Shown one piece after another: positions 20,190 through 32,502 of a stretch of DNA of 64,000 bases; positions within the stretch are counted from its first letter, which is position 1; every line of letters begins with the position of its first letter. Made by a program: the position numbers and the translations under genes. The notes below the pieces were generated by a model. The model searched no databases. It was not told the origin of the DNA and worked only from the letters and a program-made list of their open reading frames with translations. Source of the stretch: an uncultured delta proteobacterium (GTDB taxonomy: Bacteria > Myxococcota > Myxococcia > Myxococcales > Myxococcaceae); assembly GCA_963796055.1 (NCBI GenBank), contig CAWCKH010000004.1:224001-288000 (forward strand). The letters run 5' to 3'.

Positions 20190-20203
20190 TCACCATATGG
20201 TGA
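20190..20203. promoter_or_regulatory. Palindromic operator TCACCATATGGTGA
   Basis: Perfect 14-bp palindrome directly upstream of the MqsRA-like operon. Confidence 0.6.
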
Positions 20204-20382
20204 ATCAACCAGACACGCGCGCCAGCGGGCAAGACCCACCGTGGCGAAGCTGTCCGCCCAGCACAGCCGACCTGTTGCATGAGTTCCCCCCACCGACCCC
20301 GCCCCCCACGCGAAAGAAGTACCAGCGCAGGCTGACGACGGGAGGGTGTTCGACTACTCGCACGCCTGCCGCGGACCGCTGG

Positions 20383-20780
20383 TCAGTGGTGGCTGCGCAG
20401 GTACCCGATGACCGCCGCCATCACCCGGCAGTCGACCTCGCGCCTAGCGCCGCCCAGAGCCACCCCACCCCGCCGTGCCTCCGCCGCGGCGCTCCACGCG
20501 CTTGTACGCCGTGGCGTAGGCCGACTCCTCTGCTGGACTCCAGTGGAACACCCGCGGCGAGCCGACGAAGCCGAGGCGCCGCTGTACCTCCTCCATGTGC
20601 CCGAGCCAGCGCTCGATCACCTCGGCCTCGGCGGCCTCGGTCAGCGCGGCGGCGGTGAAGCACCGGAACACGAACCGGCCGTCCTCACGGTGACCGCAGC
20701 CCAACGTGCCCCCCGTCTCGAAGTCCACGAAGAACTCGAGCGCCTCCGGCCGGCGCCACTGCTCCTCGACGAGGGTGACG
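20383..20780 (-). repeat. Copy of nuclease gene 3' end including stop codon, with internal deletions
   Basis: Begins tcagtggt like 32503; colinear blocks up to ~33187. Confidence 0.9.
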
Positions 20781-20819
20781 GGTGCCGGCTGCCCGCAAGG
20801 ACGCGTGGAGTCGGGCCTC

Positions 20820-20880
20820 GACCCCGCCCCGCCGTGCGGCGCTCCACGCGCGCACCACCGCCCCGAGCCATCCGTGGCCT
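20820..20880 (-). repeat. Degraded short copy of nuclease gene 3' region
   Basis: ccccgccgtgc..ggcgctccacgcgc..ccccgagccatccgt resembles ~32606-32670. Confidence 0.6.
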
Positions 20881-20971
20881 TCCCCTAGGCGACGCGGGGG
20901 GCCGCACAGGCGCGGGGCGGTCGAGCGCCCGCGAAAGGCCGGTGGCCTGGCCCGAGGTGTATGGTCCGTCG

Positions 20972-23248
20972 ATGCGCTTGGCCGCCGGTGTCCGGCTCGG
21001 GCCCTACGAGGTTCTCGCATTCCTCGGGGCCGGCGGCATGGCCGAGGTCTACCGCGCCCGGGACACCCGGCTGGGCCGCGAGGTGGCGGTGAAGGTCGTC
21101 TCCGAGGCCCTGGGCGCCGACGGGGCATTCGTGGAGCGCTTCGAGCGGGAAGCCAGGCTCGTCGGCTCGGTCAATCACCCGAACGTCGCCGCCCTCCACG
21201 ACGTCGGTCTGCACGACGGAAAGCCGTACTTCGTCACCGAGCTGCTCCAGGGCGAAACCCTCCGGACGCGGCTCGGGAAGGGTCCCGTGCCCCTGGCGAC
21301 GGCCCTCGCGTGGGCCGAGCAGATGGCAGACGGGCTCGCGGCCGCGCACGAGCGGAACATCGTGCACCGCGATCTCAAACCGGAAAACGTGCTGGTCACC
21401 CGCGAGGGGCGGATCAAGCTCCTGGACTTCGGGATCGCCAAGGTCATCGCGGCCGCGCACGGGGTCGACTCCCTGGTCGACGAGGGTTCCCACCACCTCC
21501 TCAGCGAGACTGTCTCCTCCAGCGGCCAGACCGGCACGGGCATGGTGATCGGGACGCCGGCATACATGTCGCCCGAGCAGGTCCGCGGCGAGCCGGTGGA
21601 TCCCCGGACCGACCTCTTCAGCCTCGGCGCCGTGCTGTACGAGATGCTCTCCGGTCGCCGGGCATTCCCCGGAAGCACCGCCGTGGAGAGCGGGTACGCC
21701 ATCCTTCATCAAGAGCGGCAGCCGCTCCCGGAAGGGCTCCCGCACAGCGTGGTGCAGGTGGTCCGTCGCTGCCTGGAGAAGGATCCGGGACGACGGTTCC
21801 ATTCGGCGCAAGATTCTGGCGTTCCACCTGGAAGGGCTCCGCGCACCCACCGCCGCAACCTCCAGCACTCCTCCGCCGCCGGAGCCCCGGAAGCGGCCGA
21901 CGCCCTGGCGCGGGTGAAGGGCCTGAAGGTCGCCGGGCGGACCTCGTCGTTCCATTTCAAGGGCAAGAACGAGGACCTCCGGACCATCGGAGAGACGCTC
22001 GGCGTCGCCAACATCGTCGAGGGCTCGGTCCGCAAGCAGGGGAACCGGGTGCGCATCACCGCGCAGCTGATCCACGTGGCGGACGGGTTCCAGTTCTGGT
22101 CGAAGACGTTCGATGGCGACCTGACGGACGTGTTCGACCTCCAGGAACGCATCGCCCGGGCGATCACCGGCGAGCTGAAGGTGGTGCTCCAGGGTGATCA
22201 GCAGGCCCGGCTGGTCCCGGTGGCCACCAGCAACCCGGAGGCGTACGCGCTTGTTCTGCAATCGACCGCTATCTTCAACCGGCGCGATGGCCCGCGGTTC
22301 CCCGATGGGATTGCCCAGATCCGGGAGGCACTGCGGCTCGATCCCGGCTACGCCCGCGCCTGGTCACGGCTGGGCACGCTCGAGGTCCTGCTCCCGGTCT
22401 ACCGGAGCGGGGAGTTCGAGTCCGGCCTGCGCGCCGCCGAGGAGGCCGCGCGTCGCGCCGCGGAGCTCGACCCGAGCCTCGCCGAGCCCCAGGCGGTCCT
22501 GGCCCTGGTCCAGTGGACCCGCCGGCGTCGTGTCGAGGCGCGCGAGGCCTTCCGTCGCGCCCTGGAGATCGACCCCGACGACATCACGGCCAACTTCTGG
22601 CTCGCGGCCCAGCTGGTCTGCGACGGGTACATCCGGAGTGGGGCCGAGCGCCTTGACAAGGTCCTGCGGATGGACCCCATCCACCCGAGTGCGCTGTCCT
22701 GGCGCGCGTCCACCGCGATCCGGCTGGGCGATACCGAGCTGGCCGACCGGCTCCTTCGACGCGCGCGGGACCTGGGGCTGAGCCACGTGGGCCTTGGGCT
22801 GTCGGAGCTCGCCGACGCCCGTGGGAACCGGGACGAGGCGGCGGAACAGCTGGCCGAGGGTCTCAAGGCGCTCGGAGCCGACCTCCCTCCCGACGCGCTG
22901 GAGGCCATCGCGCGCGGCGCGTACGGCGACGTGCGGGCCCGTGACCTGGCACTGGCGAGGGTCGACCGGTACCTCGGCACCCGGCCGACGGTGCTCAACG
23001 CGGTCGCCCCGTACGCGCTGCTCCGCCTCGGCCGCACCAAGGAAGCCCTGGACCTGATCGCCTCCAGGCCCACCAGCAATGATCCGGGGATCTTCGAGGT
23101 GCTGTGGGGTCCGTACGGTCGCGAGGCCCGGCAGTCGCCGGCGTTCGCCGAGTTCGCCCGCCGGACGGGACTGGTCGAGGTCTGGGAGCGCGAGGGTCCG
23201 CCAGACCTGTGTCGCCGCACCGGAGTGGGCACCTACGTCTGCCAGTGA
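20972..23248 (+). CDS. Ser/Thr protein kinase with TolB-N-like and TPR domains, internally deleted linker
   Basis: GAGGMAEVY, VAVKV, HRDLKPEN, DFG, GTPAYMSPEQ; lacks SIAVLPF...DGITEE segment seen in the paralog. Confidence 0.85.
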   Translation: MRLAAGVRLGPYEVLAFLGAGGMAEVYRARDTRLGREVAVKVVSEALGADGAFVERFEREARLVGSVNHPNVAALHDVGLHDGKPYFVTELLQGETLRTRLGKGPVPLATALAWAEQMADGLAAAHERNIVHRDLKPENVLVTREGRIKLLDFGIAKVIAAAHGVDSLVDEGSHHLLSETVSSSGQTGTGMVIGTPAYMSPEQVRGEPVDPRTDLFSLGAVLYEMLSGRRAFPGSTAVESGYAILHQERQPLPEGLPHSVVQVVRRCLEKDPGRRFHSAQDSGVPPGRAPRTHRRNLQHSSAAGAPEAADALARVKGLKVAGRTSSFHFKGKNEDLRTIGETLGVANIVEGSVRKQGNRVRITAQLIHVADGFQFWSKTFDGDLTDVFDLQERIARAITGELKVVLQGDQQARLVPVATSNPEAYALVLQSTAIFNRRDGPRFPDGIAQIREALRLDPGYARAWSRLGTLEVLLPVYRSGEFESGLRAAEEAARRAAELDPSLAEPQAVLALVQWTRRRRVEAREAFRRALEIDPDDITANFWLAAQLVCDGYIRSGAERLDKVLRMDPIHPSALSWRASTAIRLGDTELADRLLRRARDLGLSHVGLGLSELADARGNRDEAAEQLAEGLKALGADLPPDALEAIARGAYGDVRARDLALARVDRYLGTRPTVLNAVAPYALLRLGRTKEALDLIASRPTSNDPGIFEVLWGPYGREARQSPAFAEFARRTGLVEVWEREGPPDLCRRTGVGTYVCQ

Positions 23249-23262
23249 CAGCCCGCGACACA

Positions 23263-23330
23263 CCCTTGCTCAGTCGTTCCGGCAGTCCACCTGGTTGTAC
23301 CGCTCGATCTCCCGCATCAGCTCCACCTGG
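23263..23330 (-). repeat. Short copy of nuclease gene 3' end between convergent kinases
   Basis: gttgtaccgctcgatctcccgcatcagctccacctgg identical to ~32560-32596. Confidence 0.85.
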
Positions 23331-23359
23331 ACGTCGTTCCCGCCGTGGGTCCCCGATCT

Positions 23360-25871
<2,512 letters not shown>

Positions 25872-25914
25872 ACGTCCCGACCTTACACCCTCCGTGGGGG
25901 AGCGACCGGGCGGG

Positions 25915-26144
25915 TCAGTGGTGCTCCCGCAGGTACCCGATGACCTCCGCCATCACCCGGCAGTCGACCTCGTTGTACTGCTCGATCTCCCGCATCAGCT
26001 CCACCTGGCCCAGAGCCACCCCGCCCCGCCGTGCCTCCGCCGCGGCGCTCCACGCGCCCACCATGGCCCCGAGCCCATCCTCGGCCCGTGTTTCGAACCC
26101 GAGCGCGCCGCGGACGACGACCGGCTCCTTCCGGACCACGAGGT
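25915..26144 (-). repeat. Copy of nuclease gene 3' end including stop codon
   Basis: Encodes ...YNEVDCRVMAEVIGYLREHH*; internal deletion shared with the 30274 copy. Confidence 0.92.
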
Positions 26145-26375
26145 AACGTCGAGGGTGTGCGGCGAGGGCTCCTGGCCGGAGGCACGGCGCTCGGATGTCT
26201 ACCGGCACACGCCGTGGAGCAGGAACTGAGGGACGGTACTCTCGCCGAGGTCGAGGTCCGGCCGCCCCTGCCGGGCCTCGTGCTCCGTGCGTTGATCGCG
26301 CCCGGAGCCGTCGACTCGCCGCTCGTCGACGACCTGGTCCGGAGCCTTCGCGGCCTTGATCTCCGGGCCTGTTGA
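26145..26375 (+). pseudogene. LysR substrate-binding domain C-terminal fragment
   Basis: LGCLPAHAVEQELRDGTLAEV. Confidence 0.6.
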
Positions 26376-26446
26376 TTTCACGAGCAGGAGCTCGCAGTGA
26401 CTCCGGTGAAGCAAGCGACCCTGGGGCGCAAGTCGACGCAGTTCCG

Positions 26447-26803
26447 TCACTGGCCCTCTGAGGAGCCCCCGAGACCCAGGAACAGCCGGAGTCCATGATC
26501 GATTGCGCTGAGCTCGACGCGAGGGAGCCGTCCGTAGGACCGTCGCACGCGGCGCTTGTCGACGGATCGGACCTGGTCGCTGAGAGCGAACGAGCGCTGA
26601 CGAAGCCCGCTCCGGCCTGGCGACAGCGCCGGATACAGCGCGCCGATTCCCGCGCTGCGAGTCACCGGGACCAGCGCGATCAGCGGAAAGCGTTGGCCCG
26701 CGTTGACCCTGGGATCACTGACGACGACGCACGGTCGAAACCCGCGCTGTTCGTGACCGACCGTGGGATCGAGATCGACCAGAACGACCGTTCCCCGCTC
26801 CAC
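26447..26803 (-). CDS. PemK/MazF family toxin
   Basis: DLDPTVGHEQRGFRPCVVVS, DQVRSVDKRR. Confidence 0.92.
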   Translation of the reverse strand: MERGTVVLVDLDPTVGHEQRGFRPCVVVSDPRVNAGQRFPLIALVPVTRSAGIGALYPALSPGRSGLRQRSFALSDQVRSVDKRRVRRSYGRLPRVELSAIDHGLRLFLGLGGSSEGQ

Positions 26804-27113
26804 GCCTCCCCCTCGCCTTCTCGATCCATCCCTTACCTGGCGTCCAGGTCACTTCGGTGCCCTTGGTCATGTCGACGAGGTCTGTGTCACCCTCCGGAAG
26901 CGCGGATGCCCAGTCCGCGAGCCCAGACTCGGCCAGCGCAGCTCCATCGGGATGCGGGCGCTCGACGGAAGCCAGCAGGTCGATACGCCCGCGCTCGGCG
27001 AGTTCCCGCGCGACTGCCTCCTGGACGAAGCGACTCCGATCTCGCCCCAGGGCGTCGATGCGGCGGACGAGCGCCGCTGGAAGGTTCACCGCAACTCGAT
27101 CGGTGGTGGGCAT
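26715..27113 (-). CDS. RHH/CopG-type antitoxin
   Basis: VAVNLPAALVRRIDALGRDRSRFVQEAV; directly upstream of the toxin. Confidence 0.75.
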   Translation of the reverse strand: MPTTDRVAVNLPAALVRRIDALGRDRSRFVQEAVARELAERGRIDLLASVERPHPDGAALAESGLADWASALPEGDTDLVDMTKGTEVTWTPGKGWIEKARGRRGAGNGRSGRSRSHGRSRTARVSTVRRRQ

Positions 27114-27197
27114 CGTGAACTCTCGCAGATGCAAGAAGTATGACCAACTGTCGGCCGCCGCAAGGAGTGCCTCTGGCCGAGCTCGCGCGACCCTTGG

Positions 27198-27945
27198 TCA
27201 GTGGTGCTCCCGGAGAAACCCGATGACCTCCGCCATCACCCGGCAGTCGACCTCGTTGTACCGCTCGATCCCCCGCATCAGCTCCACCTCCCCCATCGCC
27301 ACCCCACCCCGCCGTGCCTCCGCCGCGGCGCTCCACGCGCCCAGCATGGCCCCGAGCCCATCCGTCGGCCCGTCCGCCCAGGACGTCCCGATGAGCCCTG
27401 CCTCGTGCATCGCCTTCCCGATGGCCTTCAGCCCGAACCCGAGCGCGCCGCGGACGACGACCGGCTCCTTCCGGACCACGAGGTTCAGGAAGTCGAAGAG
27501 CCGCGGGTCCGGCCACGCCCGGTCGGGGTGCCGGGCCTTGGCCGAGTTGTACGCCGTGGCATAGACCGACTCCTCTGCTGGACTCCAGTGGAACACGCGC
27601 GGCGAGCCGACGAAGCCGAGGCGCCGCTTCACCTCCTCGATGTGGCAGAGCCAGCGCTACCCCCTCGGCGCTCTCTGGGGTCAGCGCGTCGGCGGTGAAG
27701 CACCGGAACACGAACCGGCCGTCCTTGAGGTGACCGCAGCCCACCATGAAGATGAGCGGCTGACCGCCCCGCGCCGGGAGCTGCGAGAAGTCGTCGTCGC
27801 GGTCGTTCACCGTCTCGTAGTCCACGAAGAACTCGAGCGCCTCCGGCCGGCGCCACTGCTCCTCGGCGAGGGTGACGCGCGCCGGACGAACGGCAGGACC
27901 GCTCGGGTCGCGGTTGACTTCCAGGAGGGCGTCGAAGGGGGGGCC
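27198..27945 (-). repeat. Longest copy (~750 bp) of nuclease gene 3' end including stop codon
   Basis: Colinear with 32503-33255; frameshifted near 27655. Confidence 0.95.
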
Positions 27946-28202
27946 TTGTCGAGCTTGTTTCCAGCGGGTGATGGGCGGCTCGGCGGCATCTCGGGGTCAT
28001 CCCTGATGGCGACGGGTTCCGCGGCTTCTACTCCGCCACCTCCGCGTGGCAGACCAATTGCCGGCGGCTTCTGGTACAGGTCCTGCGCGCGGGCGGCTGG
28101 CCCGCCGCGCCCACCATCCAGACCTTCGCCGTCGATTTGGCAGGCCGATCAGACCGTCATGACCTAGGAGATCTCGACCGCCGCTACCCGGAAGCGGAGC
28201 AC

Positions 28203-29564
28203 ATGGCGAATCCTGACGACAGCGACGGCGACGGGAAGAAGTGGCTCCTCGAGCGGATCTTGGGGCGGAGCGGGGTTCCGATTCCGACGTCCGCGCTTGG
28301 GCGAATTCGCCGGACGGCGACCACGGCGATTCGGGCGGGAGCGGATCAGCTGCTCGGGCGGCTCGCATCGGGCGAGGGTTTCGATCCCAGGGCGATCGAG
28401 CGGCTGGTGCTCTCCCTCGGCGAGCTGAAAGGGATCGCGATGAAGTTCGGACAGATCCTGAGCTACGTCGACGTGCCGCTGTTGACGCCCCAGGCGCGTG
28501 AGCTGCTTGGGTTGCTACAGCGGCAATCGCAGGCGACGCCGTTCGCGGAGATCGAGACGATTGTGCGCGCGGAGCTCGGCGAACGCGCGGCGATGCTGCT
28601 CGCGACGATGGACCGAGTTCCGGTGGCCACGGCGTCGGTGGGACAGGTTCACCGGGCGAAGCTCCCGGACGGGACGCCGGTGGCGGTGAAAGTCCTGCAC
28701 CCTGGCGTGGAAGAGGCGATCCGCGCGGACTTCAAGAACGCTCGGGTGGCGAAGGCGATGGCGGGGCTGATCGCGCCGGGTGTCGAGGTCAAGGAAGTGA
28801 TCGCCGAGGCGCAGGAGCGGTTTCTCGAGGAGTGCGATTACACGCTGGAGCGAAAGCGGCAGTCGCGCTTCGCGGAGATCTACCGTAGGCATCCGTCAAT
28901 CGGGATTCCACGGGTGTTCGAGGAGTTCTGCGCTCGGCGGGTGCTGACCACCCGATGGCGGGACGGGCTGAGGCTGGAGGACTTCGCTCGAACGGCGACT
29001 CAGGACGCGCGCGATCGCGCGGGGGAGGCGCTCTACGAGTTCTACATCGGGACGTTGTACCGGCATGGGCTGTTCAATGCGGATCCGCATCCGGGAAATC
29101 TGCTGTTCGGGGACGACGGCTCGGTGGTCATCCTCGATCATGGATGTGTGCGCGAGTTCGACCGGGGGACGGTGGCATGCGTGGCGCGGCTGTCCAAGGC
29201 GGTTCGGGAGGACAGGCACGAGGGGATCATGGCGGCGTTGCGCGGGCTCGAGGCCAGGCCGCCCGAGGACGACAAGGCGTTCGAAACCACCCGCCGGCTG
29301 CTACGCGGTTTTTTTCAGCCGACCCTGGAGAGTGGTCCCAGGCCGATGCGCGGGGATGTGACGCTCGAGGCGCGGCAGCTGGTCGCCGACAAGCGGGCGC
29401 TGCTGAAGATCCGGCTGCCAGGGCGGTTGCTGTTCTTGTTCCGGATCCGGTTCGGGCTCTATTCGGTCCTGGCGCGGATCGGTGCGGTGCGGGATTGGCG
29501 GGCGCTGGAGGAGCGATTCACGCTCGAGGTGCTCGCCAGCACTGGCGAGGCGGCGGGGAGGTGA
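28203..29564 (+). CDS. ABC1/AarF/UbiB family kinase
   Basis: LKGIAMKFGQ, ASVGQVHRA, FNADPHPGN, LDHG. Confidence 0.9.
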   Translation: MANPDDSDGDGKKWLLERILGRSGVPIPTSALGRIRRTATTAIRAGADQLLGRLASGEGFDPRAIERLVLSLGELKGIAMKFGQILSYVDVPLLTPQARELLGLLQRQSQATPFAEIETIVRAELGERAAMLLATMDRVPVATASVGQVHRAKLPDGTPVAVKVLHPGVEEAIRADFKNARVAKAMAGLIAPGVEVKEVIAEAQERFLEECDYTLERKRQSRFAEIYRRHPSIGIPRVFEEFCARRVLTTRWRDGLRLEDFARTATQDARDRAGEALYEFYIGTLYRHGLFNADPHPGNLLFGDDGSVVILDHGCVREFDRGTVACVARLSKAVREDRHEGIMAALRGLEARPPEDDKAFETTRRLLRGFFQPTLESGPRPMRGDVTLEARQLVADKRALLKIRLPGRLLFLFRIRFGLYSVLARIGAVRDWRALEERFTLEVLASTGEAAGR

Positions 29565-29602
29565 TCATCGGAACGGGTCTCCTGTTGTTCTGCAGCTCGA
29601 TG

Positions 29603-29622
29603 GGTGTTACCTTGGTGTCACC
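29603..29622. promoter_or_regulatory. Tandem GGTGTYACC boxes, putative RHH antitoxin operator
   Basis: GGTGTTACC-tt-GGTGTCACC 12 nt upstream of antitoxin ATG. Confidence 0.5.
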
Positions 29623-29634
29623 GAGGACTCTTCC

Positions 29635-29913
29635 ATGGCCACCACGTCGGTGAAGCTCCCGCCCGCCCTCAAGTCCCGGGTTGCCGCGCTTGCGAAGAAG
29701 ACCGGCCGGTCGACGCACAGCCTCATCATCGAGGCCGTCGAGCGTCACACCACCGCTGAAGAACGAATGCAGGAGTTCGTCACCCAGGCGCTCGAGGCGG
29801 ATGCGGACATCGAAGCGACGGGCGAGGTGTACCCCGCGGAGGCTGTCCACGCCTGGCTCGACCGGCTCGCGAATGGCAGGAAGGCCATCCGGCCGAAACC
29901 GTGGCGAGGGTAG
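29635..29913 (+). CDS. RHH/CopG antitoxin
   Basis: TTSVKLPPALKSRVAALAKKTGRSTHSLIIEAV. Confidence 0.85.
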   Translation: MATTSVKLPPALKSRVAALAKKTGRSTHSLIIEAVERHTTAEERMQEFVTQALEADADIEATGEVYPAEAVHAWLDRLANGRKAIRPKPWRG

Positions 29914-30194
29914 TCTACTCGCGGCGAGCGCTGGACGACCTCGAGCGCCTCATCAAGTTTCTCGCCCGCGAGGATCGTTCCGCCGCGCTCTGTTCGGCGG
30001 CGGCCGTCCGCAGCGCAGTGTCGCTCCTCGCCGAGCACCCCCTGATCGGCCATGTGCGCCACGGCGACATCCGGGAGCTCGTCATTTCCTTCGGGAAGAC
30101 GGGCTACCTGGCGCTCTACCGATTCGTGCCCCACCGCTCCGAGGTGCGCGTTCTCGGCGTTCGCCACCAGCGTGAGCTCGACTTCCTCCCCTAG
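29901..30194 (+). CDS. RelE/ParE family toxin
   Basis: SRRALDDLERL, HPLIG, RELVISFGKTGYLALYR, RHQRE. Confidence 0.9.
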   Translation: MARVVYSRRALDDLERLIKFLAREDRSAALCSAAAVRSAVSLLAEHPLIGHVRHGDIRELVISFGKTGYLALYRFVPHRSEVRVLGVRHQRELDFLP

Positions 30195-30273
30195 CGGAAG
30201 CGCTTGAAACCGGAGCCATGGACGGCGATGCCATGTTCGCTCGCCCGTGGATCGAGCAGGAGGCCCTCGGAGG

Positions 30274-30808
30274 TCAGTGGTGCTCCCGCAGGTACCCGAT
30301 GACCTCTGCCATCACCCGGCAGTCGACCTCGTTGTACCGCTCGATCTCCCGCATCAGCTCCACCTGGCCCCGAGCCACCCCGCCCCGCCGTGCCTCCGCC
30401 GCGGCGCTCCACGCGCCCGCCATGGCCCCCGAGGCCCGTCCTCGGCCCGGTGTTTCGAACCCGAGCGCGCCGCGGACGGTGACCGGCTCCTTCCGGACCA
30501 CGAGGTTCAGAAAGTCGAAGAGACGCGGGTCCGGCCACGCCCGGTCGGGGTGCCGGGCCTTGGCCGAGTTGTAGGCCGTGGCGTAGGCCGACTCCTCTGC
30601 TGGACTCCAGTGGAACACGCGCGGCGAGCCGACGAAGGCGAGGCGCCGCTTCACCTCCTCCGTGTGCCCGAGCCAACGCTCGATGACCTCGGCCTCGGCG
30701 GCCTCGGTCAGCGCGTCGGCGGTGAAGCACCGGAACACGAACCGGCCGTCCTCGAGGAGACCGCAGCCCACCATGAAGATGAGCGGCTGCCCGCCCCGCG
30801 CCAGGAGC
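30274..30808 (-). repeat. Copy of nuclease gene 3' end including stop codon
   Basis: Colinear with 32503-33091 with one internal deletion. Confidence 0.95.
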
Positions 30809-30816
30809 CCGAGACA

Positions 30817-31722
30817 TCACGGCCTCCAGGGCCCTTCCGGGGACCACGTTCCGCGGACGCCTCGGTGAGCGAGGACAGGAGCAACGAACTCCCGTACCCG
30901 TTCAACCACGTCGGCAAACGATTCCGGCGCTGCTCCGGCGAGGCCACTCTTACGAAGAAATGCGGACCACCGTTGCTTAACGTCGGGAAGCCGCGCGAAC
31001 TCGTCCTGAAGGGCCAGGGGCGTCGCTTCGATCTCGGTAGTTCTTGCGGCGAATGTCGCCTCGATGGCCCGGCAGAGTTCGTCCCGATCGAAGTCGAAGC
31101 TTCCGGCGAGAAGCCACAGGTCGTAGAAGTCCTTCATCCGGCCGTTCGTGGTTCCGAGAATGGTCATCGCGTGAAGCTTTTCGGCAATGAGCGTCTCGCG
31201 CCGGTAGGCGCGAAGTCTTGGCGCGGGGAAATCGAGCAGCGGCGGAACCTCGACCTCCACGGGGGCAGGCACAGTTGCGTCTCCGAACCCCACGTCGAGC
31301 TGCATCGGTGCCTTCGCCACTCCCAGGTAGCCACTGAACCGGACACGGATCCCGCTGTAGTCGGCGTCCTCCTTGATCATCGAGCCGACCGCGCTGCTCG
31401 AGTCGAACCTCATGCCGTCGACCACGACCGACACGGCGCAAACCTCGCGGACGATTGTCACCAGGTTCTCGATCGTGTTGCTCGTACGACCGAGAAGGTC
31501 CACATCCTTGGTCGGTCTGCTGATCGGCGCATCCCAGACACGGAGCATGAGGCCGCCTTTGAGCACGAAGTTGCTGGCATGACGGGAACTCGCAAGCCGA
31601 AAGAGGAACCGCTCCATCGCGTAGAGCTGAAATAGCTCGCTGAATGGGCGCTCGGTCTCTCTGGCCAGGTTCAGCAGCCTGTCGTGCACGGACCTCGAGA
31701 AGTTCTTGAGCTCCCCACTCAC
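30817..31722 (-). CDS. AbiEii-type nucleotidyltransferase toxin (type IV TA)
   Basis: YAMERFLFRL, FVLKGG, RPTKDVDLL, IAEKLHA, RMKDFYDL; GTGA coupling to upstream gene. Confidence 0.92.
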   Translation of the reverse strand: MSGELKNFSRSVHDRLLNLARETERPFSELFQLYAMERFLFRLASSRHASNFVLKGGLMLRVWDAPISRPTKDVDLLGRTSNTIENLVTIVREVCAVSVVVDGMRFDSSSAVGSMIKEDADYSGIRVRFSGYLGVAKAPMQLDVGFGDATVPAPVEVEVPPLLDFPAPRLRAYRRETLIAEKLHAMTILGTTNGRMKDFYDLWLLAGSFDFDRDELCRAIEATFAARTTEIEATPLALQDEFARLPDVKQRWSAFLRKSGLAGAAPESFADVVERVREFVAPVLAHRGVRGTWSPEGPWRP

Positions 31723-32333
31723 AGAGCAGCCTCGAGATACGGCCGAACGACATTCTCCACACGCACGATCCTCGCTGCCTGGAGCAGGGCGTCCGGGCGA
31801 CTCCCCCGACGTTCTCGCCAGGCTCGGAGGGCTTCGATTGCAAGATCGGTTCCGAGCTGTCGTCGGTAGCGGAAGGCGTCGGCGACGGAGCGTTCGGTAC
31901 TCGTGATGAGGACGTCCACACCGCTGCGGACGTGCTTCTGAACGCCCTCGGTCAGAGCCGGGGCACCCCACCAGTGCACCGAGAGGGGAGGATGCGCGAG
32001 CCGCGGGCGCCTTCGACCGCGCTTCAGGGCGATGTGGACGGCGTGCGGAATCTGGGTGGTGAGCCCATGGAACGCCAGGGCAGAGACGAGGCACACCACG
32101 GCGCCCGGAACGCGCTTCGCGACGATGACGAGGTCGGGGTCGGCGAGGGACGGCGCCCTCGCGGGCAGGTACAGCCCACGGGAGACCTGGACCAGAAAAC
32201 CCCGAGCCCGCATCGCCCGGAGGGTGTCCCGGTGAATCCCGAGCTTCAGGGCCTCCGACAGGCGCACCGGCCCGTCCTGCTTCGCGAGCAGCTCGAGGGA
32301 CCGCTTGACCAGCTCGGGGGAAGTCGCCGCCAT
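31719..32333 (-). CDS. AbiEi-type antitoxin
   Basis: VSRGLY, CLVSALAFHGLTTQIP, ERSVADAFRYR. Confidence 0.9.
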   Translation of the reverse strand: MAATSPELVKRSLELLAKQDGPVRLSEALKLGIHRDTLRAMRARGFLVQVSRGLYLPARAPSLADPDLVIVAKRVPGAVVCLVSALAFHGLTTQIPHAVHIALKRGRRRPRLAHPPLSVHWWGAPALTEGVQKHVRSGVDVLITSTERSVADAFRYRRQLGTDLAIEALRAWRERRGSRPDALLQAARIVRVENVVRPYLEAAL

Positions 32334-32502
32334 GCGTCCAATATGCATCCACTTGTGGGCTGTTGCATGCTTTTTGGACGCGGCGGCCGGGCTTTCCAGG
32401 CCACCCGAGCAGCGTCTCGCACACTGGGCAACCCGTCCCGAGAGGTAGATGGCTCTGCGCACCCTGCGCTCGGTCGGCCGATGACCAGGGAGCCCTTGAA
32501 AA

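Noticed and set aside
20408..20971. N-terminal extension of the 946-aa kinase ORF
   Set aside because: It is antisense read-through of a nuclease repeat; the paralog supports a start at MRLA (20972)
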